Part shown: positions 52,383 through 64,000 of the stretch, one piece after another | How positions within the stretch are numbered: position 1 is the first letter of the stretch | Layout of the letters: every line of letters starts with the position of its first letter | DNA from: an uncultured Pelagibacteraceae bacterium | GTDB taxonomy: Bacteria; Pseudomonadota; Alphaproteobacteria; Pelagibacterales; AG-422-B15 | Direction of reading: 5' to 3' | Assembly: GCA_902571005.1 (NCBI GenBank) | Contig: CACGAG010000004.1 | Span: forward strand, 64,178-128,177 | Length of the DNA stretch: 64,000 nucleotides | The notes under the pieces: model-generated | Seen by the model: only the letters and a program-made list of their open reading frames with translations | Told to the model about the DNA's origin: nothing | The model's database searches: none | Made by a program: the position numbers and the translations under genes

Positions 52383-54040
52383 ATAATTTTGACTACATAA
52401 TTGCTGGAGCAGGTTCAGCTGGTTGCGTTTTAGCGAATAGACTCTCAAAAGATCCTGATACAAAGGTTCTTTTAATTGAAGCAGGCGGAACTACATGGCA
52501 TCCATTTGTTAAAATGCCAGCAGGCGTACTAGAGCTAATTTCGGGTGAAGGTGCTGGTAAATTTTATAATTATGGCTATTGGACAGAGGGTCAACCACAT
52601 TTAAACAATAGAAAACTTTTCTTCCCTCGAGGTAAGGGCTTGGGTGGCTCAAGTAATATTAATGGAATGCTCTACGTGAGAGGTCATTCACGTGATTATG
52701 ATATATGGAGACAGCTTGGCAATGAAGGATGGTCTTATGAGGAAGTGTTGCCTTATTTTAAAAGAGCTGAAAAAAATGAAAACGGGTCATCGGAATTTCA
52801 TGGAAGTGATGGGGAGTTAAGTGTTCAAAACCCAGTGTTTACAAATAACCCTCTGCATCGATGTTTTTTAAATGCTGGTAAAGAGGCAGGCTATAAATAC
52901 ATTGAAGACATCAATCAATACGATAATGAGGGTTTTGGACCATGTCCTCAGACGATTTCAAATGGGTATAGAGCAAGTACGAGTTTTTCATTTTTAAATC
53001 CTATTAAAGACAGAAATAATTTAACGATTGCAACTAACTCTACAACCAATAAATTATTATTTGAAGGCACAAAATGCGTTGGGCTTGAGTATTTAAAAGG
53101 AAAAGAAGTTACAAAAGCATATGCAGAAAGAGAAGTAATTGTATGTGGAGGTGCTATTAACTCACCACAGATATTACAACTATCAGGAATAGGTAAAGGG
53201 GATTACATAAAAAAATGGGGATTAAAAGTTGTTGCTGATCTTCCAGGAGTAGGTGAAAACTTACAAGACCATTTAGATGTATTGTCTCATTATGAGTGTA
53301 CGCAGCCTGTAACAGAAGCGAAATATACAGCAGGCGGACTTGCAATGTTTAGAATGGCGGCGATCTTGGCTCAGTGGATGATAACAAAAAAAGGCCCTGG
53401 AAATGATATAGGCTTGTCTGGTGTATCATTTTTAAAAACAGATGACACTCTTGACCTTCCAGACATACAAATGCATTTTGTTGGTTCACTATTAAAAGAT
53501 CATGGAAAAACAAGACCTGACTCTCATGCGTTCAGTAATCATGTTTGTCAGCTCAGACCTGAGAGTAGAGGCTATATTGCACTAAAATCATTGGATCCTA
53601 CAGTGCCTCCAATTATACAACCAAATTATTTCGCAACTCAAAAAGATCGAGATACTCTTATTAAAGGTGTGAAAATGTCACGAGAAATAGTGAACCAGTC
53701 TGCTTTTGATGAATACCGAGGTAAAGAAATAACACCAGGTATTCATGTTCAAACAGACGAGGAAATAGAGGAATTTATTAGAAACGCTGCTGAAACGATT
53801 TATCATCCAGTTGGCACTTGTAAAATGGGAAGTGATGAATTTGCAGTTGTAGATGATAAATTAAGAGTAAGAGGTATCGAAAATTTAAGAGTAGTTGATG
53901 CGTCGATAATGCCAACTCTAATTGGTGGAAACACCAACGCACCTACAATTATGATAGCTGACAAAATTTCAGATCATATTCTTGGCAATGAATTCCTTCC
54001 ATCTCAGCATGTTAGTTACAAAGATAAAAACGCTGCATAA
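52379..54040 (+). CDS. Second GMC oxidoreductase (choline dehydrogenase/AlkJ family)
   Basis: AGAGSAG, GGSSNINGM, YHPVGTCKMG, GNTNAP. Confidence 0.88.
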   Translation: MNNFDYIIAGAGSAGCVLANRLSKDPDTKVLLIEAGGTTWHPFVKMPAGVLELISGEGAGKFYNYGYWTEGQPHLNNRKLFFPRGKGLGGSSNINGMLYVRGHSRDYDIWRQLGNEGWSYEEVLPYFKRAEKNENGSSEFHGSDGELSVQNPVFTNNPLHRCFLNAGKEAGYKYIEDINQYDNEGFGPCPQTISNGYRASTSFSFLNPIKDRNNLTIATNSTTNKLLFEGTKCVGLEYLKGKEVTKAYAEREVIVCGGAINSPQILQLSGIGKGDYIKKWGLKVVADLPGVGENLQDHLDVLSHYECTQPVTEAKYTAGGLAMFRMAAILAQWMITKKGPGNDIGLSGVSFLKTDDTLDLPDIQMHFVGSLLKDHGKTRPDSHAFSNHVCQLRPESRGYIALKSLDPTVPPIIQPNYFATQKDRDTLIKGVKMSREIVNQSAFDEYRGKEITPGIHVQTDEEIEEFIRNAAETIYHPVGTCKMGSDEFAVVDDKLRVRGIENLRVVDASIMPTLIGGNTNAPTIMIADKISDHILGNEFLPSQHVSYKDKNAA

Positions 54041-54042
54041 TT

Positions 54043-56220
54043 TTGAACAAATTATTATTTTCAATTCTTGGGGTAGCCGTAGTTTTTGTCACTGCACTGA
54101 TAATAGTCAATCAATATAATACTAAAAGTTTTGCACAAACTAGTTTTTTAGAAATAGAAAAAAAATACTCTTACAAGATAGAACGAGACCGGTTCGGAGT
54201 GCCGCATGTATACGGAGATACTGATAAAGATGCAGCATTCGGATTTGCTTATGCACAAGCAGAGGATGATTTAAAACATGTCGAGATGATGATTAAAATG
54301 TCTCGTGGTGAGCTTTCAAGTTTAAATTTTAATTCGAAAACAATCGCAGCTATTTATTCACTCATTACTGGTGATGGAGATATAATGGAAAACCTAGATG
54401 CAATTGAAGGAGTAGAATTAGATTTTTTATTTAAATTTTTTAATGTTCAGGACACTGTAAATAAAAAAATCTCAGAAATTCCAGAGGAAACAATTAATTA
54501 TATAAAAGGTTATGCAGATGGACTTAATTATTATGCTGCAAAAAATCCGAACTTAGTTGATCAATCTTTATATCCAGCTACTGCATACGATTTGGTTGCT
54601 GGGATGACATTTCGGATGCCGTTATTTTATGGTATCGATCATTCAATTGCTGAACTCATCAATTTAATGGATGATCAAGAAGAGAAAGTTGCAATGAACA
54701 TGAACGCTCTATCCGATAATCCAGTAGTCGCAAGCATAAATACTTACTTTAAACCATCAGGTTCAAACGCATTTGCTGTTTCCAAAAGCAGATCACAAGA
54801 CAATGAGACAATGCTTGTCATTAATTCACACCAGCCATTAACGGGTCCAGTTGCTTGGTATGAAATTCATATAAAAAGTGGAGAGGGCTTAAATATCATG
54901 GGTGGTACTTTTCCAGGGTCGCCATTTGTGCATGTTGGCTTTAATGAAAATCTCGGGTGGGGAGCTACAGTTAATCAGCCAGATTTATCCGATATTTACG
55001 AATTAAAACTTAACCCAGAGAATAATGATCAGTACGAACTAGATGGTGCATGGGTTAATTTCACCGAAACGGATCAAGAATTTAAAGTTAAACTGTTTGG
55101 CCCTTTCAGTATTACATATCCTATACAAATGTATCATTCAGCTCATGGGCCTGTTCTAAAAGATGACAATAAAGCCTATGCCCTTCGGTTTGTAGGAATG
55201 AATGATGTCAACCACTCGACTGCATGGCTCAAAATGAATAAATCAAAAAATATTGATGAATGGCTTGATGCCCTAAGAATGGAACAGCTAGCTAGTTTAA
55301 ATTTAGTTTACGCCGATAAAGAAGATAATATTTTTTTTGTTCATAATGTTAAATCGCCAGTAAGAGACCCAAACTATAATTGGATGCAAGTGGTACCCGG
55401 AAATAAGAGTGATTTAATTTGGAACAATTTTCATCCTTTTGAAAGCGTGCCTCAGATCTTAAACCCAAGCTCTGGATATATATTTAGTACTAATCAAAAT
55501 CCTTTTTTTGTTACAGCTAAGGAAGATAACTTATCTTTATCTAACTTTAATCCAACTATGGGTTTTCAAACACGAACAACGAATAGGGCATATAGAGCTT
55601 ACGAACTTCTTGATCCTGATAAATCAATATCATTTGGTGAACTTGATAAATACAAACACGATAATAAGTTTTCTTACAATTCAAGACAATACAAGTTTAT
55701 GAAAGAAATTTTCAATCATGAATTTTCAGAAAATAAATTAAAAAATGCTCAAGAATTTTTGAGAGATTGGGATCTTGGAACTGACTCTGATAATTTACAT
55801 GCTGCTTTTGGAGTTTGTATCTTATCTCCTGAATGGTTGGCAGAAATAACAAGAAAGCCACGCCCAGATCCAATCGACATCTTCATTAATTGTGTTGATG
55901 AGTTTGAGAAAAACTTTGGGACATTAAGTGTAAAATGGAGTGATGTTAATTTCTTGGAGAGAGGATCAAATTTAGTGCACATTCAAGGAGGGCCCGATGT
56001 TTTAAGGGCAATTTACGCCCCGCGAAGCAATGATGGTATACTCAAAGCTGTTGCTGGAGATGGCCTTTATATCTATGTAAAATGGGATGAAAATAAAAAA
56101 CAGGTATCAAAAAGCATTCACCAATTTGGAAGCGCTACAATGAACATGGGTTCTCCGCACTATGATGATCAAATTAATTTATTTGCAAGTGAAAAGCTTA
56201 AAGATACATTCTTTAATTGA
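54043..56220 (+). CDS. Penicillin/acyl-homoserine-lactone acylase family (Ntn-hydrolase, peptidase S45)
   Basis: N-terminal TM anchor, RDRFGVPH, FGFAYAQAED, autoproteolysis site G/SNAFAV, NSHQP, WYEIH. Confidence 0.88.
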   Translation: MNKLLFSILGVAVVFVTALIIVNQYNTKSFAQTSFLEIEKKYSYKIERDRFGVPHVYGDTDKDAAFGFAYAQAEDDLKHVEMMIKMSRGELSSLNFNSKTIAAIYSLITGDGDIMENLDAIEGVELDFLFKFFNVQDTVNKKISEIPEETINYIKGYADGLNYYAAKNPNLVDQSLYPATAYDLVAGMTFRMPLFYGIDHSIAELINLMDDQEEKVAMNMNALSDNPVVASINTYFKPSGSNAFAVSKSRSQDNETMLVINSHQPLTGPVAWYEIHIKSGEGLNIMGGTFPGSPFVHVGFNENLGWGATVNQPDLSDIYELKLNPENNDQYELDGAWVNFTETDQEFKVKLFGPFSITYPIQMYHSAHGPVLKDDNKAYALRFVGMNDVNHSTAWLKMNKSKNIDEWLDALRMEQLASLNLVYADKEDNIFFVHNVKSPVRDPNYNWMQVVPGNKSDLIWNNFHPFESVPQILNPSSGYIFSTNQNPFFVTAKEDNLSLSNFNPTMGFQTRTTNRAYRAYELLDPDKSISFGELDKYKHDNKFSYNSRQYKFMKEIFNHEFSENKLKNAQEFLRDWDLGTDSDNLHAAFGVCILSPEWLAEITRKPRPDPIDIFINCVDEFEKNFGTLSVKWSDVNFLERGSNLVHIQGGPDVLRAIYAPRSNDGILKAVAGDGLYIYVKWDENKKQVSKSIHQFGSATMNMGSPHYDDQINLFASEKLKDTFFN

Positions 56221-56256
56221 GCTTGTAGAAAAAAAATAATTATATAAAATTTTCTC

Positions 56257-57822
56257 ATGTTATTACACGAGTATTTAGAAAATGGAGCAGATAAAAATCC
56301 TAATTTCCCCTTTTCTGAATTTGAAGGAAATTCGCTTTCTTATCAAGAAGCAAATTTATTAAGCAATCAATTGGCCAACAAACTTGTTTATGAGGGTTTA
56401 GAAGTTGGAGATAGATTTGCATTTCTTGCAAAAAATTGTACTGAAATGGCAATTATGTATTACGCAGCATCAAAAGTTGGTGCTGTACCTGTTCCACTGA
56501 ATTATCGTTTAGCGGACCAAGAGTGGGCATACATAATAAATGACTCTGAAGCCAAACTCATAATAGTCAAAGGTAATGAATATTCGGATAGAATAAATCA
56601 GATTTCATCAGAGTTAAAAAATATAAAAAAATATATTTCTATATCGCTTGATAATAGCATCGAAAAATTTCAGGATTTTTATGATTGGCTTTCAGATAGT
56701 TCGAATGAAAAACCAACTTTAAAAATCGATGAAAATGATGACGTATATCAAATGTACACAAGTGGTACTACAGGCCATCCAAAAGGCGCAGTTCTTTTAC
56801 AAAGAAATGTTTCTGCTAACATAAGACAGTATTTAAATAGTTTAACTTTACCAAGGCCTTCGAGAACTCTTTTGGTGGCACCAATGTATCATGCTGCAGC
56901 AATGATTAATATGTGTGGATGCATTGCAATAGGTGGAACAATAGTTATTCAAGAGGATTTTATTCCGCAAGATGTAGTAGACTGTCTAGCAAATGAAAAA
57001 ATTACGCATACAGTACTGGTCCCTGCAATGATTCAAGCTTGCTTAGTATCAGTGCCAAATGTTGCGAGTAACGAATATAATGATTTAGATCAGATACATT
57101 ATGGAGCCTCGCCAATCGCTCCAGAAACTCTCAAAAAGGCAATGGATGTTTTTAAGTGTAAATTTGGACAAGGTTTTGGAATGACAGAGACCGTCGCTGT
57201 TATTTGTCTAATGACTCCAGAAGAACATATTCGTGCGCTTAATGAAAAACCTGAACTATTAAAATCATGCGGCAGACCTGCAATCGATACACAAGTTGAA
57301 ATAAGAGATGAAAATGATAACCCTCTTCCCATTGGAGAAATAGGTCAGATCTGCGCTAAGGGACCTCAAATTATGAAAGGTTATTGGAATAAAAAAGAGG
57401 AAAGTGAGAAAGCGCTTAAAGGTGGGTGGATGCATACAGGTGATGCTGGTCGAATGGACGAAGAAGGATTTGTATTTATACAAGATAGAATAAAAGACAT
57501 GATTGTGTCTGGAGGTGAGAACATTTACTCAACCGAAGTTGAAGCAGCTTTATTTGCACACCCTGATGTCGTTGATGCCGCGGTTATTGGTGTTCCAGAC
57601 GAAAAATATGGTGAGGTAGTTAAAGCTTGTATCGTGAAAAAGGAAGGCTCAAATGTAACTGAGGATGATTTGATAAGCTTCTGTAAAGACAGAATTGCAA
57701 GCTATAAAAAACCCCAATCAGTAGATTTTATCGATGAAGTTCCAAGAAATGCTAGTGGAAAAGTTTTGAAAAAAGTATTGAGAGAACCGTATTGGAAGGA
57801 TCAAGAAAGACAAGTAAGCTAA
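56257..57822 (+). CDS. Long-chain fatty-acid-CoA ligase
   Basis: YTSGTTGHPKG, FGMTET, TGD, DRIKDMIVSGGENIY, GKVLK. Confidence 0.9.
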   Translation: MLLHEYLENGADKNPNFPFSEFEGNSLSYQEANLLSNQLANKLVYEGLEVGDRFAFLAKNCTEMAIMYYAASKVGAVPVPLNYRLADQEWAYIINDSEAKLIIVKGNEYSDRINQISSELKNIKKYISISLDNSIEKFQDFYDWLSDSSNEKPTLKIDENDDVYQMYTSGTTGHPKGAVLLQRNVSANIRQYLNSLTLPRPSRTLLVAPMYHAAAMINMCGCIAIGGTIVIQEDFIPQDVVDCLANEKITHTVLVPAMIQACLVSVPNVASNEYNDLDQIHYGASPIAPETLKKAMDVFKCKFGQGFGMTETVAVICLMTPEEHIRALNEKPELLKSCGRPAIDTQVEIRDENDNPLPIGEIGQICAKGPQIMKGYWNKKEESEKALKGGWMHTGDAGRMDEEGFVFIQDRIKDMIVSGGENIYSTEVEAALFAHPDVVDAAVIGVPDEKYGEVVKACIVKKEGSNVTEDDLISFCKDRIASYKKPQSVDFIDEVPRNASGKVLKKVLREPYWKDQERQVS

Positions 57823-59267
57823 GCCGTCGCCGTACCTCCAACAGTAAGATTTTCTATCAACATCGTAGGCTGACCTACTCCAACTGGAACACTTTGACCG
57901 TCTTTCCCGCACGTCCCTATACCTGTATCCATTTTTGAGTCATTGCCAACCATCTTAACTCTTTTTAAAACATCAGGACCGTTACCAATTAGCGTTGCAC
58001 CTTTTACAGGGTTTGTAACCTTACCATTTTCTATTTTGTAAGCTTCAGTACAAGTGAATACAAACTTACCACTCGTTATATCAACCTGGCCACCTCCGAA
58101 ATCCACAGCGTATAGGCCATTCCTAACTGATTTTAGAATTTCTTCGGGATGGCGATTACCAGATAACATATATGTATTTGTCATACGAGGCATGGGTAAG
58201 TGAGCATAACTTTCTCTTCTGCCATTCCCTGTAGGATTAACACCCATCAGTTTTGAGTTTAATCTGTCCTGCATGTATCCAGTTAAAATTCCATTTTCAA
58301 TTAACGTTGTACAGTTAGTTGGTGTACCCTCATCATCAACGCTTAGAGATCCTCGACGAGAGTCAATCGTGCCATCGTCAACAACTGTCACTGATTCGTC
58401 AGCAATTTTTTCTCCCATAAGGTTAGAGAATGCAGAAGTTTTTTTTCTATTAAAATCACCCTCAAGCCCATGTCCTATTGCTTCATGTAACAATACACCC
58501 GGGTAACCTGGTCCAAGAACTACATCCATTTCACCTGCAGGAGTGTCAACAGAAGTAAGATTTATTTCAGCCTGATTGATTGCTTCATCTACCTGATTTT
58601 GCCAATGTGAGGAATTTAAGAAAGTTGAGTAATCTACTCTACCGCCTGAACCTCTGCTACCATTTTCCTGACGTCCATCCTTTTCAAGAACGATTGATAC
58701 ATAAAGTCTTACAAGAGGGCGAAGATCCTCAATCATAATTCCACCAGGCCTGTAAATTCTCACAGCCTGCCATTCACCGTTTAGTGATGCTGAAACTTGC
58801 TTAACATTTGGATTTTTTGACCTAGCATATTCATCAATTTTTTTCAGAGTTTCAACTTTTTCTGAGAATTCAGTTTCATTAATTGGATTTATCTCATTGT
58901 AAAGTTTTCTGTTGGTTTTTGAAAAATTAGCGTTGAAATTTGCATTATGGTCTTTTGTGATAAAATTTACTGTTTCACTGGCTTTTTTTAGAGCGTTCTC
59001 ATCAATATCGGATGAATGAGCGTAGCCCGAACTTTCGCCAGCTATAGCTCTTAATCCAAAACCCTTTGATGTATCAAATGAAGCACTCTTTAACCTTTGA
59101 TCATCGTATACAAAGCTCTCACTTTCACAGAATTCCATGAAAAGTTCACCATCGTCTGCTTTGTGCAAAGCATCTGATACAATTTTATCAACTTTTGAGT
59201 TATCTAAATTGCTTCTGTTGAAAAAGAGGCTGTCATTGGACTGATTCTCTATTTTTTTGTTAATCAT
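57819..59267 (-). CDS. tldD: Metalloprotease TldD
   Basis: LHEAIGHGLEGDFNRK, PMPRMTNT, GGQVDI, CGKDGQ.VPV; conserved position upstream of coxB. Confidence 0.95.
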   Translation of the reverse strand: MINKKIENQSNDSLFFNRSNLDNSKVDKIVSDALHKADDGELFMEFCESESFVYDDQRLKSASFDTSKGFGLRAIAGESSGYAHSSDIDENALKKASETVNFITKDHNANFNANFSKTNRKLYNEINPINETEFSEKVETLKKIDEYARSKNPNVKQVSASLNGEWQAVRIYRPGGIMIEDLRPLVRLYVSIVLEKDGRQENGSRGSGGRVDYSTFLNSSHWQNQVDEAINQAEINLTSVDTPAGEMDVVLGPGYPGVLLHEAIGHGLEGDFNRKKTSAFSNLMGEKIADESVTVVDDGTIDSRRGSLSVDDEGTPTNCTTLIENGILTGYMQDRLNSKLMGVNPTGNGRRESYAHLPMPRMTNTYMLSGNRHPEEILKSVRNGLYAVDFGGGQVDITSGKFVFTCTEAYKIENGKVTNPVKGATLIGNGPDVLKRVKMVGNDSKMDTGIGTCGKDGQSVPVGVGQPTMLIENLTVGGTATA

Positions 59268-59336
59268 CTCGAATTGTTCTGAATAAAAAATATCGTTATA
59301 AAATATATTAAAAAAACCCTAAAAACTAGCAAAAAT

Positions 59337-59352
59337 TGCGTCAAACTGTCGC
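59337..59352. promoter_or_regulatory. RegA/PrrA-type binding site upstream of coxB
   Basis: TGCGTCA-AAC-TGTCGC fits TGCGNC-N4-TGTCGC; isolated GC-rich word in an AT-rich spacer. Confidence 0.65.
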
Positions 59353-59430
59353 GAAATAATGAGTAGTTTAATGCAAATTAAGCAGTATATATTACGTAAT
59401 AGCTCAAAACATTAAATCAATAATTTCTCT

Positions 59431-60258
59431 ATGAAAAATATTATTAAAATATTATTTTTTCTTCTAATACCGTCTTTTTCTCTAGCAAACGAAGGCATTT
59501 CTGAAAATTGGCAGCTAAGCTTTCAACAGCCTGCAACTGATCTAATGTCAGACATTATATCATTTCATAGTTATATTTTAATGCCTATCATTACGGGCAT
59601 ATCACTTTTAGTACTTGGTCTTCTGCTATATATCATGTTTAGATTTAATAGCAGCCGTAATCATGTTGCTTCCACGACAACACATAACACAACAATTGAA
59701 ATATTGTGGACTGTAATTCCAGTAATATTGTTAATTATTATTGCTATTCCATCTTTCAGATTACTTTACGTTTCTGAAACAATACCAAAAGCAGATATAA
59801 CAATTAAGGCTATCGGCAATCAATGGTATTGGACTTACGAGTACCCTGATTTCGATGATATCTCTTTTGATGCTAACATGCTTGCTGATCATGAGCTATC
59901 AGATCCAAAGTTAAGATTGTTAGAGACTGATACTCAAATTGTTGTACCAGTAGATAAAGTGGTCAAACTTCAGTTAACTTCAGCAGATGTACTGCACGCT
60001 TGGACAATTCCAGCATTTGGTGTCAAGATGGATGCTGTACCGGGAAGATTAAATGAAACATGGTTTAAGGCTAATACAGAAGGAATTTATTATGGCCAAT
60101 GCTCAGAACTTTGTGGTCCAAAACATGCATTTATGCCCATTAATGTAAAAGTTGTTTCAAATAAAGAATTTGAAGAGTGGATCGAATTTGCTAAATCTGA
60201 GTATGCATCTTCAGAGATTAATTACAGTGACGATACATTTGAAATGGCTAAAAAATAA
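59431..60258 (+). CDS. coxB: Cytochrome c oxidase subunit II
   Basis: QWYWTYEY, CuA ligands DVLHAW and CSELCGPKHAFM. Confidence 0.97.
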   Translation: MKNIIKILFFLLIPSFSLANEGISENWQLSFQQPATDLMSDIISFHSYILMPIITGISLLVLGLLLYIMFRFNSSRNHVASTTTHNTTIEILWTVIPVILLIIIAIPSFRLLYVSETIPKADITIKAIGNQWYWTYEYPDFDDISFDANMLADHELSDPKLRLLETDTQIVVPVDKVVKLQLTSADVLHAWTIPAFGVKMDAVPGRLNETWFKANTEGIYYGQCSELCGPKHAFMPINVKVVSNKEFEEWIEFAKSEYASSEINYSDDTFEMAKK

Positions 60259-60287
60259 AATATTTTATTTAGAGGAGAAATATATAA

Positions 60288-61898
<1,611 letters not shown>

Positions 61899-61906
61899 AA
61901 ATTACA

Positions 61907-62836
61907 ATGGCAAATATTACCTCAGTTTCTAACAAACAGGAATTTGGGCTAGGTTCTATTGCGACAAAACTAGTTCTATACATTTCCTTGCTTAAACCAA
62001 GGGTCATGTCACTTTCTATATTTACAAGCTTTGTAGGAATGATAATCGCACCTGGAAGTTTAAGTTTTACTACAGCTTTGCTTGCAATTCTTGCTATCTC
62101 AATTGGTTCTGGCGCTTCAGGAGCACTAAACATGTGGTATGAGAGAGATACTGACAAATTAATGAATAGGACAAAAGATCGAGCGTTGCCAACAAACCAA
62201 ATAAGCGCTAATGGGGCACTCATCTACGGCATAACACTCTCAATAATTGCTGTATCAATGCTTTACTTGGTTTCAAATTTAGCAGCTGCAGGATTACTTT
62301 TAATGACAATTTGCTTTTATATATTCGTTTACACAATATGGCTTAAAAAGAGGACACCTCAAAATATTGTGATAGGAGGTGCAGCGGGAGCCTTTCCTCC
62401 GATGATCGGTTGGGCAGTTGTGACAGGAGGAGTCTCAACTGAGATTTGCCTTCTTTTCATGTTAATTTTTCTATGGACGCCTCCTCATTTCTGGGCTCTT
62501 GCACTTTATAAATCTGATGATTACAAAAGGGCTGGAATTCCAATGATGCCACTGATTGTTGGTGAGCGTAAAACGATAAATTTAATTATCGCATACTCAA
62601 TTACCTTATTGCCACTTACTTTAATTATGAGTTCATACTATTCTTTGTTCTTTGGAGTTTCGTCAACAGCTCTAAGTATTTTTTTCATTTATTTGGCATT
62701 TGATCTCAAAAGATCGTGGATGAAAGATGGCTTACTTGAGCGAAAAGCTCAAATGCTATTTTATTTTTCAATTATTTATCTGTTTAATATTTTCTCAATT
62801 CTATTAATCGATAATTTACTATGGAATATTTACTGA
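61907..62836 (+). CDS. ctaB: Heme o synthase (protoheme IX farnesyltransferase)
   Basis: LKPRVMSL, D..MNRT..R.LP, KKRTPQNIVIGG.AGA.PP, WTPPHFWAL. Confidence 0.95.
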   Translation: MANITSVSNKQEFGLGSIATKLVLYISLLKPRVMSLSIFTSFVGMIIAPGSLSFTTALLAILAISIGSGASGALNMWYERDTDKLMNRTKDRALPTNQISANGALIYGITLSIIAVSMLYLVSNLAAAGLLLMTICFYIFVYTIWLKKRTPQNIVIGGAAGAFPPMIGWAVVTGGVSTEICLLFMLIFLWTPPHFWALALYKSDDYKRAGIPMMPLIVGERKTINLIIAYSITLLPLTLIMSSYYSLFFGVSSTALSIFFIYLAFDLKRSWMKDGLLERKAQMLFYFSIIYLFNIFSILLIDNLLWNIY

Positions 62837-62940
62837 TGGATAAAAAAATAAAAAAAAGAAATATAATAACTGCCCTCGTACTAGTTTTCTTTGTGGCTTT
62901 ATTTTTCTCTTACACTGTTTATAAGTTGGGAACTATTTAA
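62836..62940 (+). CDS. 34-aa single-TM cox-operon small protein (CoxF-like; absent from the ORF track)
   Basis: MDKKIKKRNIITALVLVFFVALFFSYTVYKLGTI; TGATG-coupled to ctaB and abuts ctaG. Confidence 0.75.
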   Translation: MDKKIKKRNIITALVLVFFVALFFSYTVYKLGTI

Positions 62941-63477
62941 ATGAATTTTATCAAGTCAAACAACAGCATCACTGCGATTGGATTAATAGGAATAGTTATC
63001 ACTATGATCGCTTTAGCTTATGCGTCAGTGCCTCTATACAACTATTTTTGTAAAGTTACAGGATTTGGAGGCACTCCAAATGTGTATTCTTCTGAAAGCA
63101 TTTATTCTATCGATAAAACTATCAATGTTAGATTAGACTCCAACGTTGGCTCTACCCTCGACTGGGAATTCTATCCTGAGCAAAGAATTCATCAATTAAA
63201 GATAGGTGAAAATAAACTGATTAATTATGTGATAGAGAATAATACAGACCAAACTCTAAGCGGTACAGCTGTTTATAATGTATCACCAACTGAGGCAGGA
63301 AAGTACTTTAACAAAATTGAATGCTTTTGTTTTCAAGAAACGGAGCTCATGGCTAATGAAACTAAAATTATGCCAGTTTCATTTTTTATAGATCCTGAAA
63401 TTGAAAATGATAAATACATTTCTGATTTATCAGAAGTTACTTTGTCCTATACCTTTTATGAAAACAGTGATACATAA
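62941..63477 (+). CDS. ctaG: Cytochrome c oxidase copper chaperone CtaG/Cox11
   Basis: VPLY..FC.VTGFGG, YFNKIECFCF, MPV.FFIDP. Confidence 0.95.
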   Translation: MNFIKSNNSITAIGLIGIVITMIALAYASVPLYNYFCKVTGFGGTPNVYSSESIYSIDKTINVRLDSNVGSTLDWEFYPEQRIHQLKIGENKLINYVIENNTDQTLSGTAVYNVSPTEAGKYFNKIECFCFQETELMANETKIMPVSFFIDPEIENDKYISDLSEVTLSYTFYENSDT

Positions 63478-63483
63478 TTAGAT

Positions 63484-64000
63484 ATGAGCTCAGAAAATAC
63501 AAAAAGAACACATGAATACCATTTAGTTGATCCAAGTCCTTGGCCCCTTCTTGCGTCTATTGGAGCTTTAATCGCATGCGTTGGTGCGGTTGTTTATTTT
63601 AGGACCGATGACATGTGGACAATGATAATTGGTTTAGCAATTGTTATCTATGTCTCATACATGTGGTTTAGAGATGTGATTATAGAGGGCGAACATCAAG
63701 GTCATCACACTCCAGTTGTTCAAATTGGCCTTAGATACGGCATGACTTTATTTATTGCATCAGAAGTTATGTTCTTTGTTGCTTGGTTTTGGGCATATTT
63801 CAACGCAAGCTTATTCCCTACAGAACAAATAGGAGCTATATGGCCTCCACCAGATATTCATCTTATGGATCCATGGCATATACCTCTAATCAATACGTTA
63901 ATCTTACTTTTATCAGGAACAACAGTTACCTGGGCTCATCATGCATTGCTAGAAGGCAATAGAAAAGAGCTAATACAGGGACTATGGTGCACGGTAGGAC
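63484..64000 (+). CDS. coxC: Cytochrome c oxidase subunit III (3' truncated by window edge)
   Basis: HEYHLVDPSPWP, WFRDVIIEG, GLRYGM.LFIASEVMFF, LLSGTTVTWAHHAL. Confidence 0.95.
   Translation, partial: MSSENTKRTHEYHLVDPSPWPLLASIGALIACVGAVVYFRTDDMWTMIIGLAIVIYVSYMWFRDVIIEGEHQGHHTPVVQIGLRYGMTLFIASEVMFFVAWFWAYFNASLFPTEQIGAIWPPPDIHLMDPWHIPLINTLILLLSGTTVTWAHHALLEGNRKELIQGLWCTVG

Overview
AT-rich (~30% GC by eye), tightly packed chromosome segment of a streamlined, probably marine alphaproteobacterium. The taxonomy is inferred from gene order and composition and was not verified. Core blocks are tolB-pal-cpoB-tilS-ftsH-folP-glmM-purA, rpoH-rluD, xseB-ispA, aroC-ispB, nadABC, pyrC, cysQ, mnmA, tldD and the aa3 cytochrome c oxidase operon, plus three tRNAs (Arg-UCG, Leu-GAG, Met-CAU). 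The main accessory feature is a ~19 kb methylated-onium catabolism hub (11.9-30.7 kb): choline oxidoreductase, betaine-type ABC transporter, BHMT, dimethylglycine dehydrogenase, a GC-rich dddP translationally coupled behind a cdhC-cdhA-BBOX carnitine operon, acetoacetate-CoA ligase and a TmpA/TmpB-like trimethylaminoethylphosphonate C-P cleavage pair. Other notable items: an integrase-less one-gene islet bounded by a 45-bp tRNA-Met direct repeat that starts exactly at the anticodon loop; an alpha2-type glycyl-tRNA synthetase at the locus where alphaproteobacteria usually carry glyQ/glyS; a rare tRNA-Arg(UCG) flanked by phage-type cupin and 2OG-oxygenase genes; and two small ORFs missing from the ORF track. 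No CRISPR, rRNA or IS element was seen. All assignments come from motif recognition by eye; no database search was run.
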